Origin: Candidatus Limnocylindrales bacterium | GTDB lineage: Bacteria; Chloroflexota; Limnocylindria; Limnocylindrales; CSP1-4 | Direction: 5' to 3' | Length of the DNA stretch: 64,000 nucleotides | Assembly: GCA_036504355.1 (NCBI GenBank) | Contig: DASXVG010000134.1 | Coordinates: 7,517 to 71,516, forward strand | In this document: positions 1-9,006 of the stretch, piece after piece | Numbering within the stretch: the stretch's first letter is position 1 | Layout: each line of letters starts with the position of its first letter | Made by a program: the position numbers and the translations under genes | The notes under the pieces: model-generated | The model's input: only the letters and a program-made list of their open reading frames with translations | The model's database searches: none | What the model was told of the DNA's origin: nothing

Positions 1-955
1 AGAAGCTCATGGGGTCGTCCTTGGACAGCGGGACGACGACGTTCATCCCCAGCAGCCCCGCGACGAGCGATCCGGGCAGCAGCAGCACCGTGACGAGGGT
101 CAGGATCTTCATCGTGTCGTTGGTGCGCTGGGCCGTGCGCGTCATGTAGACGTTGAACGAGCCGAGGACGAGGTCGCGAGCGCCCTCGACGGCCGTCATC
201 GCATCCGCGTAGTGGCCTGCCACGCCCGAGAGCGCGGCCGCCCCCTTGCCATCGCCGTCCGGCGCCTTCATGACCACGCCCTCGAGGGCCGAGTACACGA
301 AGCGGTGCCGCGCGAGGAGGCGGCGCAGGTCAGCGATCCGCGCGCGCACGCCCACGAGGTCCTCCAGCAGCCGATCCCGATGCCGGTCGCGGAGCGAGCG
401 GTCGTCCAGCTGCTCCACGTCCTCCTCGATCGTGTCGACCGCATGGTGGTAGCTCGTGACCGTGGCGTGGAGGAGCGTGGCGAGGAACGACTCCGAGTCC
501 AGCAGGCCGTAGGCGGTGTCGGCCTCCACCAGGGCATCGAGGTCGTCGAGGTAGCCGATCGGCTGGAGATGGTGGGTGAGCACGGCGTTGGGCACGGCGA
601 CCACCGACAGCCACGGCGAGCGACGGGGATGATTCGGGTCGGGCTGGGCCACCACGGTGATCCGCAGCGAGTCCCCGTTGATGCGGATGGACGGCTTCTG
701 GCCCGGCGTCGCGAGCGCGGCTGCCGTCGCATCGTCGAGGTCAAACGCTTTCGCCAGCCGCGGCGCGAGATCGTCGGGCATCTCGCCCGTGATGTCCAGC
801 CACAGGAGCTGGCGCTCGGATGGGGGGCTCGCCAGGGCATCGTCGAGCTCGAGGACCTCGTCCGTTCGATCGGCATCGAACCGGCGGGCGCGGACCCGGG
901 GCTTCGCGCCGCCCTCGGCCTTGTTCACGGGCACATCGTGTTCATGGGTGCCCAT
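1..955 (-). CDS. corA: CorA-family Mg2+/Co2+ transporter (C-terminal end truncated by window start)
   Basis: Absent from the ORF track because it runs off the window edge. Reverse-strand translation from ATG at 955 reads MGTHEHDVPVNKAEGG... and ends ...LLPGSLVAGLLGMNVVVPLSKDDPMSF. The GMN signature lies between the two C-terminal TM segments. Confidence 0.85.
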   Translation of the reverse strand, partial: MGTHEHDVPVNKAEGGAKPRVRARRFDADRTDEVLELDDALASPPSERQLLWLDITGEMPDDLAPRLAKAFDLDDATAAALATPGQKPSIRINGDSLRITVVAQPDPNHPRRSPWLSVVAVPNAVLTHHLQPIGYLDDLDALVEADTAYGLLDSESFLATLLHATVTSYHHAVDTIEEDVEQLDDRSLRDRHRDRLLEDLVGVRARIADLRRLLARHRFVYSALEGVVMKAPDGDGKGAAALSGVAGHYADAMTAVEGARDLVLGSFNVYMTRTAQRTNDTMKILTLVTVLLLPGSLVAGLLGMNVVVPLSKDDPMSF

Positions 956-1039
956 TGTGCGCGGCGATCGGCGCGCATGGGACGCGCGAAGGCACCCGGC
1001 GGCACGGCCGCCGGGTGCTCAACGCGCTGTTGACGGTGG

Positions 1040-1474
1040 TTAGCGATTGGTGTCGTAGGTCGTCGTCGTGGTCTCGACGACGCCCTCGTCCTTCGCGTTC
1101 TCCTCGGTCTTGTCGCCGGCACCGGCACCGGCACCCGCGCCGACCGCGCCGCCGACGACCGCACCTGGCGGACCGGCCAGCGCGCCACCGATGAGCGCCC
1201 CGGCGACCGCGCCGCCACCGGCGCCAACGCCGGCCCCGGCCTCGTCGTTGCCCTCGGCCGCCTCACCGGCGACCGCGCCGCCGACCGCACCGATCACGCC
1301 GCCGACGGCCGCGCCGACCGGGCCACCAACGACCATCCCGACACCCGCGCCTGCGAGCGCGCCTGCGCCGGCGCCGACGGCCTCGGTGCCGCCCTCGTTG
1401 TGGTCGACGTGCGTGTCAACGACCTTCTCGGTCTCCACGACGGTGTTGCCGTCCGTGTACTTCGGATCTGTCAT
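1040..1474 (-). CDS. Gly/Ala-rich (glycine-zipper-like) small protein, family not recognised
   Basis: Frame of ORF 1040..1588. Start moved to ATG 1474 (MTDPKYTDGNTVVETEK...), which has GGAGAA a few nt upstream. The central part consists of GxxxG/AxxxG repeats. Confidence 0.6.
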   Translation of the reverse strand: MTDPKYTDGNTVVETEKVVDTHVDHNEGGTEAVGAGAGALAGAGVGMVVGGPVGAAVGGVIGAVGGAVAGEAAEGNDEAGAGVGAGGGAVAGALIGGALAGPPGAVVGGAVGAGAGAGAGDKTEENAKDEGVVETTTTTYDTNR

Positions 1475-1612
1475 GCGTCGGTTCTCCACTGGGGAGACGC
1501 CATGTGCGTCTGCGGCCCCAATCGTCGGCGGGCGAGGTAGCACGACACGTGCAACGAGGGGCTGTCCGGCGTTCCACCGCCCTCGCAATTCGTGCCGCAG
1601 TGGCGGCGTCGA

Positions 1613-1876
1613 TCAGGCGCCGGGCTCCGGATCGTCCGCGGCCACGTCGGCGGAGGTGCTCGGCGCAGCGGGCGTCGGGCTCGGCATGGCGGGCGTCGGA
1701 GCCGCCAGGCCGCCGCGCGCGATGTCCGAGACCGCCTGTCCGTGTCCCTCGCCGCGGCCCCTGGGCGCATCGTGTGCGGCCGCGGAGACCTCCGCGCCGT
1801 GGTTGCGGAAGCCGCCGGCGGCGCCGGCTTCGGATGCGTGGCCGTGGCCCTGGCCGTGGTTCGACTTGGGGGGCAT
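1613..1876 (-). CDS. small His/Gly-rich protein, possibly KGG-repeat-type stress protein
   Basis: Frame of ORF 1613..1945. ATG 1876 is preceded by GGAGAA. HASEAGAAGGFRNHG weakly resembles the ASEAGxKGG stress-repeat motif. Confidence 0.5.
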   Translation of the reverse strand: MPPKSNHGQGHGHASEAGAAGGFRNHGAEVSAAAHDAPRGRGEGHGQAVSDIARGGLAAPTPAMPSPTPAAPSTSADVAADDPEPGA

Positions 1877-2049
1877 TGCGTTCTCCGATCGCGCTTCGAT
1901 GTCACCGGCGGACGCCGGGTACCGGAGCATCGGCGGGAGCCGCATGCGAACGCCACATCAGGGCGTGTCGTCGCCTTCCACCGCTCTCGCAGCAGCGGAA
2001 GGGAATGATGACCACGGCGATGACCTGCGCTAGAATGCGCGACGGTCGC

Positions 2050-2124
2050 TGGCGCGTGGCCTAACGGTATGGCACCTGACTCTGGATCAGGGGGTTCCAG
2101 GTTCGAATCCTGGCGCGCCAGCCA
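2050..2124 (+). tRNA. tRNA-Gln (anticodon CUG) with encoded CCA
   Basis: Hand-folded cloverleaf. Acceptor TGGCGCG/CGCGCCA gives a U1-A72 pair. Anticodon loop is CTCTGGA (CTG), T-arm is CCAGG-TTCGAAT-CCTGG, discriminator is G, and the 3' end is CCA. A TAGAAT -10 hexamer lies at 2031-2036. Confidence 0.9.
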
Positions 2125-2185
2125 ATTTTCCCGTTGCATCCCCCGTGTGTCCGCGCGCCGCCGCGCGCCGATCAGCCCCCGGACA

Positions 2186-2890
2186 TCACTCCGGGCTGAA
2201 CGGGAACTCCGGACCGGGCGTCCCCGACTTCAGCTCCGCGTCGTCGATCGTCCACGCGATGTCGGCGTTCACGTCCCGCACCCCGGGCACGAGCACCGCG
2301 GTGCGCGCGATCATGTCCGCCGAGGATCGCCGGTCCACGCTGCCGCGGATCGTGGCCACCCCGTCGGCGACGGAGACCTCGAAGTCCTTGGGGTCGAGCC
2401 ACAGCGTGTTCGCGAGCACCTCGTCGCGGATCGACTGGGCGAGCTCGTCGTCGGTGCGGACATAGGTCCGGACGAGGTCGGCGCGGGTCAGGATGCCGAC
2501 GAGCTTGCCGTCGTCCACCACGGGCAGCCGGTTGATCCGCTCCCTGGTCATCAGGCCGGCCGCCGTGGGGATGAGCTCATCCGGGCCGATCGTGATCACG
2601 GGCGAGGTCATGAGCTCGCTCGCCGTCGAGGCGTAGTGGCGCTCGCCGGGCGTCCCGGTGCCTCCACCCCAGCCGAACAGCCTGGCGATCGCCGAACGCC
2701 GAACGGCCGGGCCGCCCTGCGCCTCGACCAGGAAGTCCGCCTCCGACACGACGCCCAGCAGCGCCCCCGCCTCGTCCACCACCGGAACCCCGCTGATCCG
2801 GTGCTCGCCCAGCACCCGGGCGACGTCCCGGAGCGGCGTCTCCGGACGCACCGAGATCACCGACCGCGTCATGACGTCCTGGACCCGCAT
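2186..2890 (-). CDS. CBS-pair plus BON domain protein
   Basis: 234-aa ORF. Two CBS-like repeats are present (VMTRSVISV...ISGVPVVDE and LMTSPVITI...INRLPVVDD). The C-terminal part is BON-like ([14 protein letters not shown]...VRDVNADI). AGGTGA RBS upstream. Confidence 0.8.
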   Translation of the reverse strand: MRVQDVMTRSVISVRPETPLRDVARVLGEHRISGVPVVDEAGALLGVVSEADFLVEAQGGPAVRRSAIARLFGWGGGTGTPGERHYASTASELMTSPVITIGPDELIPTAAGLMTRERINRLPVVDDGKLVGILTRADLVRTYVRTDDELAQSIRDEVLANTLWLDPKDFEVSVADGVATIRGSVDRRSSADMIARTAVLVPGVRDVNADIAWTIDDAELKSGTPGPEFPFSPE

Positions 2891-3002
2891 CGCTCACCTG
2901 GCCTTCCGTGGTGGTGCATCCCGCATCGCGTGGGACCGAGGGCCCAGTGTGGCAGAGCGGTCACCACTTCGGCTGCCCGCGGTCGGATGTCACAATGGGC
3001 GA

Positions 3003-4709
3003 GTGACCCAGCCCGCCAGCCCGGATACCCCCTCCCCGATCCCGACGTCGCCAGAGCGGTCCGACTTCATCCGCGACATCGTCGCCGGGGACATCGCCGC
3101 GGGGCGGATCACGACGCCCGTGACGCGGTTCCCGCCCGAGCCCAACGGGTATCTCCACATCGGGCACGCGAAGTCGATCTGCCTCAACTTCGGGATCGCG
3201 CGGGAGTTCGGCGGCACCTGCAACCTCCGGTTCGACGATACGAACCCGGTCAAGGAGGAACAGGAGTACATCGACTCGATCATGGCCGACGTTCGCTGGC
3301 TGGGCTTCGACTGGGGCGAGAACCTGTTCCACGCGAGCGACTACTTCGAGACGCTCTACGCGTGGGCCGTCCACCTCATCGAGCACGGCGACGCGTTCGT
3401 GGACGACCTCTCGGCCGACGAGATCCGCGAGACCCGCGGCACCCTCACCAGCCCCGGCACCAACTCCCCCTTTCGGGACCGCTCGATCGAGGAGAACCTC
3501 CACCTGTTCGCGCGCATGCGCGCGGGCGAGTTCGAGAACGGGGCGCGCGTCCTGCGGGCGAAGATCGACATGGCCAGCCCGAACATCAACCTCCGCGACC
3601 CCGTCCTGTACCGGATCATGCACGCGACGCACCCCCGCACGGGAGACGCCTGGTGCATCTACCCGACGTACGACTTCGCGCACGGCCAGTCCGACGCCAT
3701 CGAGGGCGTGACCCACTCCATCTGCACCCTGGAGTTCGAGGTCCACCGGCCGCTGTACGACTGGCTCATCGAGCATCTCCCGGTCCCGCACGTGCCCCAC
3801 CAGTACGAGTTCGCCCGGCTCAACATCACCTGGACGGTGCTCTCGAAGCGGTTCCTGCTCAAGCTCGTCCAGGACGGCTACGTCCGCGGCTGGGATGACC
3901 CGCGCATGCCCACGATCTCGGGCCTCCGCCGGCGCGGCTTTCCGGCCGAGGGCATTCGCAACTTCGCAACCGAGGTGGGCGTCGCGAAGGCAGATGCCAC
4001 CCACGACGTCGCGCTCCTGGAGCACGAGGTCCGGGACGTCCTCAACCGGACGTCGAAGCGCAGGTTCGGCGTGCTGGACCCGATCAAGGTGGTCATCGAG
4101 AACTTCCCGGATGACGCCGTCGAGCTCATGGAAGTCGTCAACAACCCCGAGGACGCGTCGGCGGGCGAGCGCGCGGTCGCCTTCGGCCGCGAGCTGTGGA
4201 TCGAGCGCGACGACTTCATGGAGGAGCCCGCACCCAAGTTCTTCCGCCTGGCGCCGGGCCGCGAGGTGCGTCTCCGGAACGCGTACTTCATCACCTGCAC
4301 GGACGTCATCAAGGACGCCGACGGGCGGGTCACCGAGCTGCGGGCCACCTACGACCCGGCGACGCGCGGCGGCGACTCCCCTGACGGCCGGCGCCCGAAG
4401 GCAACGCTCCACTGGGTCTCCGCGGCCCACGCCGTCCCCGCCGAGGTGCGGCTGTACGACTACCTGTTCACGCGCCCTGATCCGGGCGTCGGTGGCGACC
4501 TCGTGGACGATCTCAACCCCGACTCGGAGACGATCGTCACGAATGCGATGCTGGAGGCCTCTCTCGCCCACGTGCCCGTGGGCGAGACCGTCCAGTTCGA
4601 GCGCCTGGGCTACTTCACCCCCGACGCGGACTCCCGGCCGGACGCGCTCGTGTTCAACCGGACGCTGACACTCAAGGACACCTGGGCGAAGGTGCGCGCA
4701 AAGGCCTAA
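3003..4709 (+). CDS. glnS: glutaminyl-tRNA synthetase
   Basis: Frame of ORF 2658..4709, trimmed to GTG 3003. HIGH motif [15 protein letters not shown]-type motif VLSKR, and a typical GlnRS C-terminus ...[13 protein letters not shown]. Confidence 0.9.
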   Translation: MTQPASPDTPSPIPTSPERSDFIRDIVAGDIAAGRITTPVTRFPPEPNGYLHIGHAKSICLNFGIAREFGGTCNLRFDDTNPVKEEQEYIDSIMADVRWLGFDWGENLFHASDYFETLYAWAVHLIEHGDAFVDDLSADEIRETRGTLTSPGTNSPFRDRSIEENLHLFARMRAGEFENGARVLRAKIDMASPNINLRDPVLYRIMHATHPRTGDAWCIYPTYDFAHGQSDAIEGVTHSICTLEFEVHRPLYDWLIEHLPVPHVPHQYEFARLNITWTVLSKRFLLKLVQDGYVRGWDDPRMPTISGLRRRGFPAEGIRNFATEVGVAKADATHDVALLEHEVRDVLNRTSKRRFGVLDPIKVVIENFPDDAVELMEVVNNPEDASAGERAVAFGRELWIERDDFMEEPAPKFFRLAPGREVRLRNAYFITCTDVIKDADGRVTELRATYDPATRGGDSPDGRRPKATLHWVSAAHAVPAEVRLYDYLFTRPDPGVGGDLVDDLNPDSETIVTNAMLEASLAHVPVGETVQFERLGYFTPDADSRPDALVFNRTLTLKDTWAKVRAKA

Positions 4710-4713
4710 GTGC

Positions 4714-4877
4714 GGATCGTTCGATGAGGATCGAACGCTTGCCTCCGGCGAGCACGGGGCCGCTCAGCTGACTCCCAGCCTCCTCAGGGAACGCACAGTT
4801 CGCGCACGGCCAGCAACCGGACGACGCCTGCCAGCTGTTCGATGCGAGCGAGCTGTTCGATGCGAGTCGAACGATCC
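4714..4877. repeat. 164-bp MITE-like element or structured region bounded by imperfect hairpin TIRs
   Basis: Left end is GGATCGTTCGATGAGGATCGAAC. The reverse complement of the right end is GGATCGTTCGACTCGCATCGAAC (19/23 identical, first 11 exact). Each end is itself GTTCGA-N6-TCGAAC. The interior carries a tandem 18-nt repeat, AGCTGTTCGATGCGAG(CG), x2 at 4833-4866. Confidence 0.45.
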
Positions 4878-4885
4878 CAACGGTC

Positions 4886-5089
4886 GTGGTTGGCTGCGCG
4901 ATCCCGCGGTCGACGGCGGGTCGGTGTCCGTGCCTCGCCGCTGCCGAAGCCACCCTCGACGCCTGCGCGCGCTGCGGCCACATTCGCGACGCAGCACGCG
5001 CCCGGTGCCGGAAGTGCCGTTTGCCGAAGTCCCTTGCGGGAGATCACCCATCGCCGTCGACGGCCGGCCGCGCGATGATCCCGGCGTGA
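4886..5089 (+). CDS. small zinc-ribbon-like protein (CxxC-N10-CxxC)
   Basis: 67-aa ORF with CARCGH...RCRKC. Third codon positions are strongly G/C. Its TGA overlaps the GTG of the next gene (GTGA). No clear RBS, so the start is uncertain. Confidence 0.45.
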   Translation: MVGCAIPRSTAGRCPCLAAAEATLDACARCGHIRDAARARCRKCRLPKSLAGDHPSPSTAGRAMIPA

Positions 5090-5505
5090 CTGCACACCGT
5101 CGCCCCATCGGCCCACTGCTTGTCGCGCTGCTCCTCGTCGGCATCGTGGCCTGCTCCCCCACCCCGGAGATCGTGTGGATCGGTGGCGAAGACGGCGGCG
5201 CGAAGCTGACGCCCTGTCCCGTGGCGGACTGCGAGCCGATCACCGCGCTCGCCCGCGTGGGCCTCGAGCGAGCGCACCCGGGCCTCGCGCCGATCGCCCG
5301 TGCGCGCCTGGGCGAGCCCGCCTGTGGGCCGACTGTGAACGCGCTGTGCAGCTACGGTGGCCCACTCGGCATCGCGAGCCGCTGGGCGGTGGTGTTCGAC
5401 CTCGCCGACGGGACGACCCGGATCGGGACCGTCCTGTGCTTCGTCCCCACGAACGACAACGGCGCGAGCCTCGCCTGGAACGGCCAGCGCTGCCTGGCGC
5501 CGTAG
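5086..5505 (+). CDS. putative lipoprotein
   Basis: Frame of ORF 4924..5505, trimmed to GTG 5086. N-terminus VTAHRRPIGPLLVALLLVGIVAC has a lipobox-like IVAC. No family recognised. Confidence 0.6.
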   Translation: MTAHRRPIGPLLVALLLVGIVACSPTPEIVWIGGEDGGAKLTPCPVADCEPITALARVGLERAHPGLAPIARARLGEPACGPTVNALCSYGGPLGIASRWAVVFDLADGTTRIGTVLCFVPTNDNGASLAWNGQRCLAP

Positions 5506-5523
5506 GCCTCGGGCGGCAGGTGG

Positions 5524-5949
5524 TCAGCTCGCGCCGTCGGCGGCCTCGTCGTCGATGGCAAGCATCAGGTCCTTGATCCCGGCGACCGAGAGCGGCGCGT
5601 CGGCCATCGGCGCCGGGAGGCCGACGAGGTGGCGGTCGGGATCGAACACCGCGACGCCCGTGGACCATGCAGCTTCGGCGACGATGGCCGCGACCATCTC
5701 CGCCGACTCCCACGGGATGCCGACGAACACGTGGTGGCGCATCGCGTCGAACTCGAACGGCCGGTGCGCCTCGTCCGCCTTGAGGATCCCCGGGAACGAC
5801 TCCTCGATCCGCGCCTCGAACGCGTCGAGCCGGTGATCGCGGCGCATGCCGATCTGCCACCCGCCCGCCAGCTTCTCGATGGCCGCGGCCGCCTCGTCGG
5901 CGGTGAGCGGTTCATCGACCGGGAAGACGATCAGCTCGTAGAGGAGCAC
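5524..5949 (-). CDS. hypothetical protein
   Basis: 141-aa ORF with balanced, non-repetitive composition (MLLYELIVFPVDEPLTADEAAAAIEKL...). No motif recognised. Confidence 0.55.
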   Translation of the reverse strand: MLLYELIVFPVDEPLTADEAAAAIEKLAGGWQIGMRRDHRLDAFEARIEESFPGILKADEAHRPFEFDAMRHHVFVGIPWESAEMVAAIVAEAAWSTGVAVFDPDRHLVGLPAPMADAPLSVAGIKDLMLAIDDEAADGAS

Positions 5950-6061
5950 GGGTGAACCTCGAGATGGTGCGAGTTCGGCGGGCGGGTGTGTGTCGCGTCA
6001 TCAGGATAGAACGCGCCGGGGTCGCGCAACCATCCGCCCGCGGATCGTGTTTCATGGGTCG

Positions 6062-6595
6062 ATGGACATGCCCTCGACACGCCGGGTCTGCTTCGACACT
6101 GCCCTCGGCCGATGCGCGGTCCGCTGGAGTGACGCCGGGATCACCGGCGTGCTGCTGCCCCACCGCGACGGGCGGCCGGGCCCCACGATCGAGGACGGCA
6201 TCGACGTCCCGCCGTTCGTCCGCCGCGCAATCGACGGGATGCGGGCCGTGCTTGGAGGTCGGGCTGCCGACCTCCGCGACATCCCGCTCGACGAGGCCGG
6301 CATCGACGAGCTCCGCCGTGCCGTGTACGCGGCGACCCGCGACATCCCGCCGGGCACGACCCGGAGCTACGGCGAGGTCGCCCGCCTGATGGGCCGCCTG
6401 GACCACGAGGGCGCCCGCGACGTCGGCGCGGCCCTCGCCCGCAATCCGTTCCCGATCATCGTCCCGTGCCACCGCGTGGTGGCCGCGAACGGCGCGCTGC
6501 ACGGCTTCTCCGCGCCGGGCGGCCTCGTGACGAAGCGCAGGATGCTCGAGCTCGAGGGCGCGCCCGGCTACGGCCAGCAGTCGCTCTTCGACTGA
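6062..6595 (+). CDS. ogt: methylated-DNA--protein-cysteine methyltransferase
   Basis: PCHRV active-site motif (IIVPCHRVVAANG) and RSYGEVA helix. Start set at MDMPSTRRV, so the start is uncertain by a few codons. Confidence 0.85.
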   Translation: MDMPSTRRVCFDTALGRCAVRWSDAGITGVLLPHRDGRPGPTIEDGIDVPPFVRRAIDGMRAVLGGRAADLRDIPLDEAGIDELRRAVYAATRDIPPGTTRSYGEVARLMGRLDHEGARDVGAALARNPFPIIVPCHRVVAANGALHGFSAPGGLVTKRRMLELEGAPGYGQQSLFD

Positions 6596-6703
6596 CGCGG
6601 CCAGCGCGTGCGCGGCGGGATCGGCGTCACGCAGCCGTCAGCGGTGGTAGCGTGCCGCCATGGGTCTTGTCGACAGGTGGCGCCCGGACGCGTGGATCGA
6701 TCG

Positions 6704-6973
6704 ATGGGACGACGGGCGGTGAGCGACCTCAGGCGCCGGTCGCTGGGGCGCTGGATGCTGCTCGAGCTCCTGGCGGGCGCCATGCTCGTGGCCTTCGGCC
6801 TGTTCATCTGGCTGTCCATGTCCACCGTCACGAGCGACCCCGGGGGATCTCCGGGCTTCTCCCCCGTTCGGCTCGCGGGCGTCGCTGGCCTTGTGGTCGG
6901 TTTGACCTGGATGATCAGGATCTTCCGCCGCGGTCCTGACGACGCTGCGTCCTGGCGCCACCGCGACCGCTGA
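6704..6973 (+). CDS. small membrane protein (2 predicted TM)
   Basis: Frame of ORF 6608..6973, trimmed to MGRRAVSDLRRRSLGRWMLLELLAGAMLVAFGLFIWL... Second hydrophobic stretch is LAGVAGLVVGLTWMI. Confidence 0.5.
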   Translation: MGRRAVSDLRRRSLGRWMLLELLAGAMLVAFGLFIWLSMSTVTSDPGGSPGFSPVRLAGVAGLVVGLTWMIRIFRRGPDDAASWRHRDR

Positions 6974-7024
6974 GCCACGTCCGATCAAGGGGTCGGCGGG
7001 AGCCTGCCCGTCGTTCGAGGTCGT

Positions 7025-7756
7025 ATGCTCGACTCGATGACGCAGTCGACAGCGGCGTTCGCGGGGTTCCGGCCCGAGGCGATCCAGTTCCTCGCGGACC
7101 TTGCGCAGAACAACTCGCGCGACTGGTTCCAGCCCCGCAAGGCCGACTTCGAGCGGCTGATCAGGACGCCGATGGAGCAGCTGTGCGTCGCGCTGGAGCA
7201 CCAGTTCCGGGCGCGCGACATCCCGCTTCACGCCGACCCGGCGCGGTCGCCCTTCCGCATCTATCGGGACACGCGGTTCGCGAAGGACAAGTCGCCGTAC
7301 AAGACTGCGGCCGCGGCGAGCTTCTCGTGGGCAGGCGATGGCGGCGATGCGGCCGCGGGCCGGTCGCACACCGAGAACGTCCACGCGAGCGGCGGCTATT
7401 TCCACCTGCAACCGGGTGAGATCTACCTGGGTGGCGGCGTGTGGCACCCGGACAAACTCTGGCTCGACGGGTTCCGCCGTCGGCTCGTCGAGGACCTGGA
7501 CGGATTCCTGCACATCGTCGAGGCGCCGGCGTTCGTGGAGGCGTTCGGTTCGGTCGGCGACGACGGGGAGTCTCTCAAGCGCGTCCCCAGTGGCTTCCCG
7601 GCCGACCATCCGGCCGCGGACCTGCTGCGCAGGAAGAACGTGACGTTCGGCCGGCGCCTGTCCGATGACGAGGCGCTCAGCCCGTCACTCCCCGTGATCC
7701 TTGCGGACGACTTCGAGACGGGCACGCCGCTCCTGCGCTATCTGGCCGCGTTCTAG
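7025..7756 (+). CDS. DUF2461 (TIGR02453) family protein
   Basis: FLADLAQNNSRDWFQPRKADFE..., RIYRDTRFAKDKSPYKT... and GGYFHLQPGEIYLGGGVWHP are characteristic of this family. Confidence 0.8.
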   Translation: MLDSMTQSTAAFAGFRPEAIQFLADLAQNNSRDWFQPRKADFERLIRTPMEQLCVALEHQFRARDIPLHADPARSPFRIYRDTRFAKDKSPYKTAAAASFSWAGDGGDAAAGRSHTENVHASGGYFHLQPGEIYLGGGVWHPDKLWLDGFRRRLVEDLDGFLHIVEAPAFVEAFGSVGDDGESLKRVPSGFPADHPAADLLRRKNVTFGRRLSDDEALSPSLPVILADDFETGTPLLRYLAAF

Positions 7757-7817
7757 CCGGCGCGCTCGGCAGCGCCCGAGCACCAGCCACCACCAGCGAC
7801 GGTCGAGTTCACCGGGC

Positions 7818-8834
7818 CTAGACGTGGGGCGCGACGCCCGCGGCGAGCTGGGCCATGAGGTCAAGCTGGGCGGCGTGCTCGAGGAGCGGCAGATGGCTCC
7901 GGGTCACGAACTCGACCGGGACGCCGGCCTTGGAGCGGATGTCCAGGAGCACCTCGACGAGCGCGTCCGGCGGCCCCGCGAACGTCGCACGCCCGCGGAG
8001 CATGTCCTCGACGTCGCGCGTGAACGCGGGCGCAGCGGGCGGCGGGAGCGGGCGCGTGGCCGACGCCTCCATGTCGGAGTACTTCCATTGCATCGACCAC
8101 AGCGCGTCCCGGTAGCGACCGAGCGCTTCCGCGCGCGACGGCCCGGGCAGCAGCACCGAGTAGTGGACGAACCGGAACGTTGACGGGTCGCGGCCGATCT
8201 TCGCGCACTCGTCGAGGACCCAGCCGATCTCCTCCACGAACTTCTCGGCCGAGGCGTTCGCGAACACGCCGTCGGCGAGGCGGGCGGCACGACGGATCGC
8301 AGGCTCGGCGCCACCGCCGATGAGCACCGGGATCTTCGACGGAGGCGTGGGCCGGACGCCGACCGTGGGCAGGGTGTAGACCGATCCCTCGTGGGTGAAC
8401 GGCTCCCCGGTCCAGGCCTGCGGGAGGATCCGCAGGATCTCGTCCATCGCGGCGCCACGGCGTCGCGCGTCGGCCCCGAGCCCCGTGAACTCGACCTCGG
8501 ACCAGCCGAGGCCGAGGCCCAGGGCGAGCCGTCCATGGCTCAGGAGCTGGACGGTCGCCGCGTCCTCCGCAAGCCGGATCGGGTGATGCAGTGGCGCGAG
8601 GATGACGCCGGTGCCGATCTCGATCCGCGTCGTCGCCTGCGCGATGGCCGCGCTGACGACGAGCAGCGAGGGCATGTACCCGTCATCGACGAAGTGGTGC
8701 TCCGTCGTCCAGACGGAGGTGAACCCGAGCCGCTCCGCCTCGACGGCGAGCGCGATGGTCTCGTCGTACGTGCGCGTCCAGTCGGTCTCGCCCGGCCGGA
8801 GCTGGGCGCTGAGGAGTCCGAAGCCAAGTCCCAT
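7818..8834 (-). CDS. LLM-class (F420-dependent type) flavin oxidoreductase
   Basis: Frame of ORF 7818..9596, trimmed to MGLGFGLLSAQ... Contains LGFTSVWTTEHHF and GRLALGLGLGW motifs. Confidence 0.8.
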   Translation of the reverse strand: MGLGFGLLSAQLRPGETDWTRTYDETIALAVEAERLGFTSVWTTEHHFVDDGYMPSLLVVSAAIAQATTRIEIGTGVILAPLHHPIRLAEDAATVQLLSHGRLALGLGLGWSEVEFTGLGADARRRGAAMDEILRILPQAWTGEPFTHEGSVYTLPTVGVRPTPPSKIPVLIGGGAEPAIRRAARLADGVFANASAEKFVEEIGWVLDECAKIGRDPSTFRFVHYSVLLPGPSRAEALGRYRDALWSMQWKYSDMEASATRPLPPPAAPAFTRDVEDMLRGRATFAGPPDALVEVLLDIRSKAGVPVEFVTRSHLPLLEHAAQLDLMAQLAAGVAPHV

Positions 8835-9006
8835 GGCCGGACGATAGCAGCGGCCCGCCCGTAAGGCATGGCGAGGACCGCCGCCCGGAACTTTGAGGCA
8901 CGCCCTGCACGTCCCCTGCGGCTCGTGCCCGATGGCGCCAGCTCGCCTGCCGCACAGGATGTCGTCAGTGCCGATGACGGCAGGTGAACGACAAGGAGCG
9001 ACCACG

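Noticed and set aside
2891-3002. T-box or other leader upstream of glnS.
   Set aside because: The region is only about 110 nt and is shared with the divergent CBS-BON gene. There is no T-box (AGGGUGGNACCGCG-like) sequence or specifier-loop architecture.
2125-4709. Genomic island integrated at the tRNA-Gln 3' end.
   Set aside because: There is no integrase gene. I found no direct repeat of the tRNA 3' end elsewhere in the window, and the neighbouring genes have the same compositional look as the rest.
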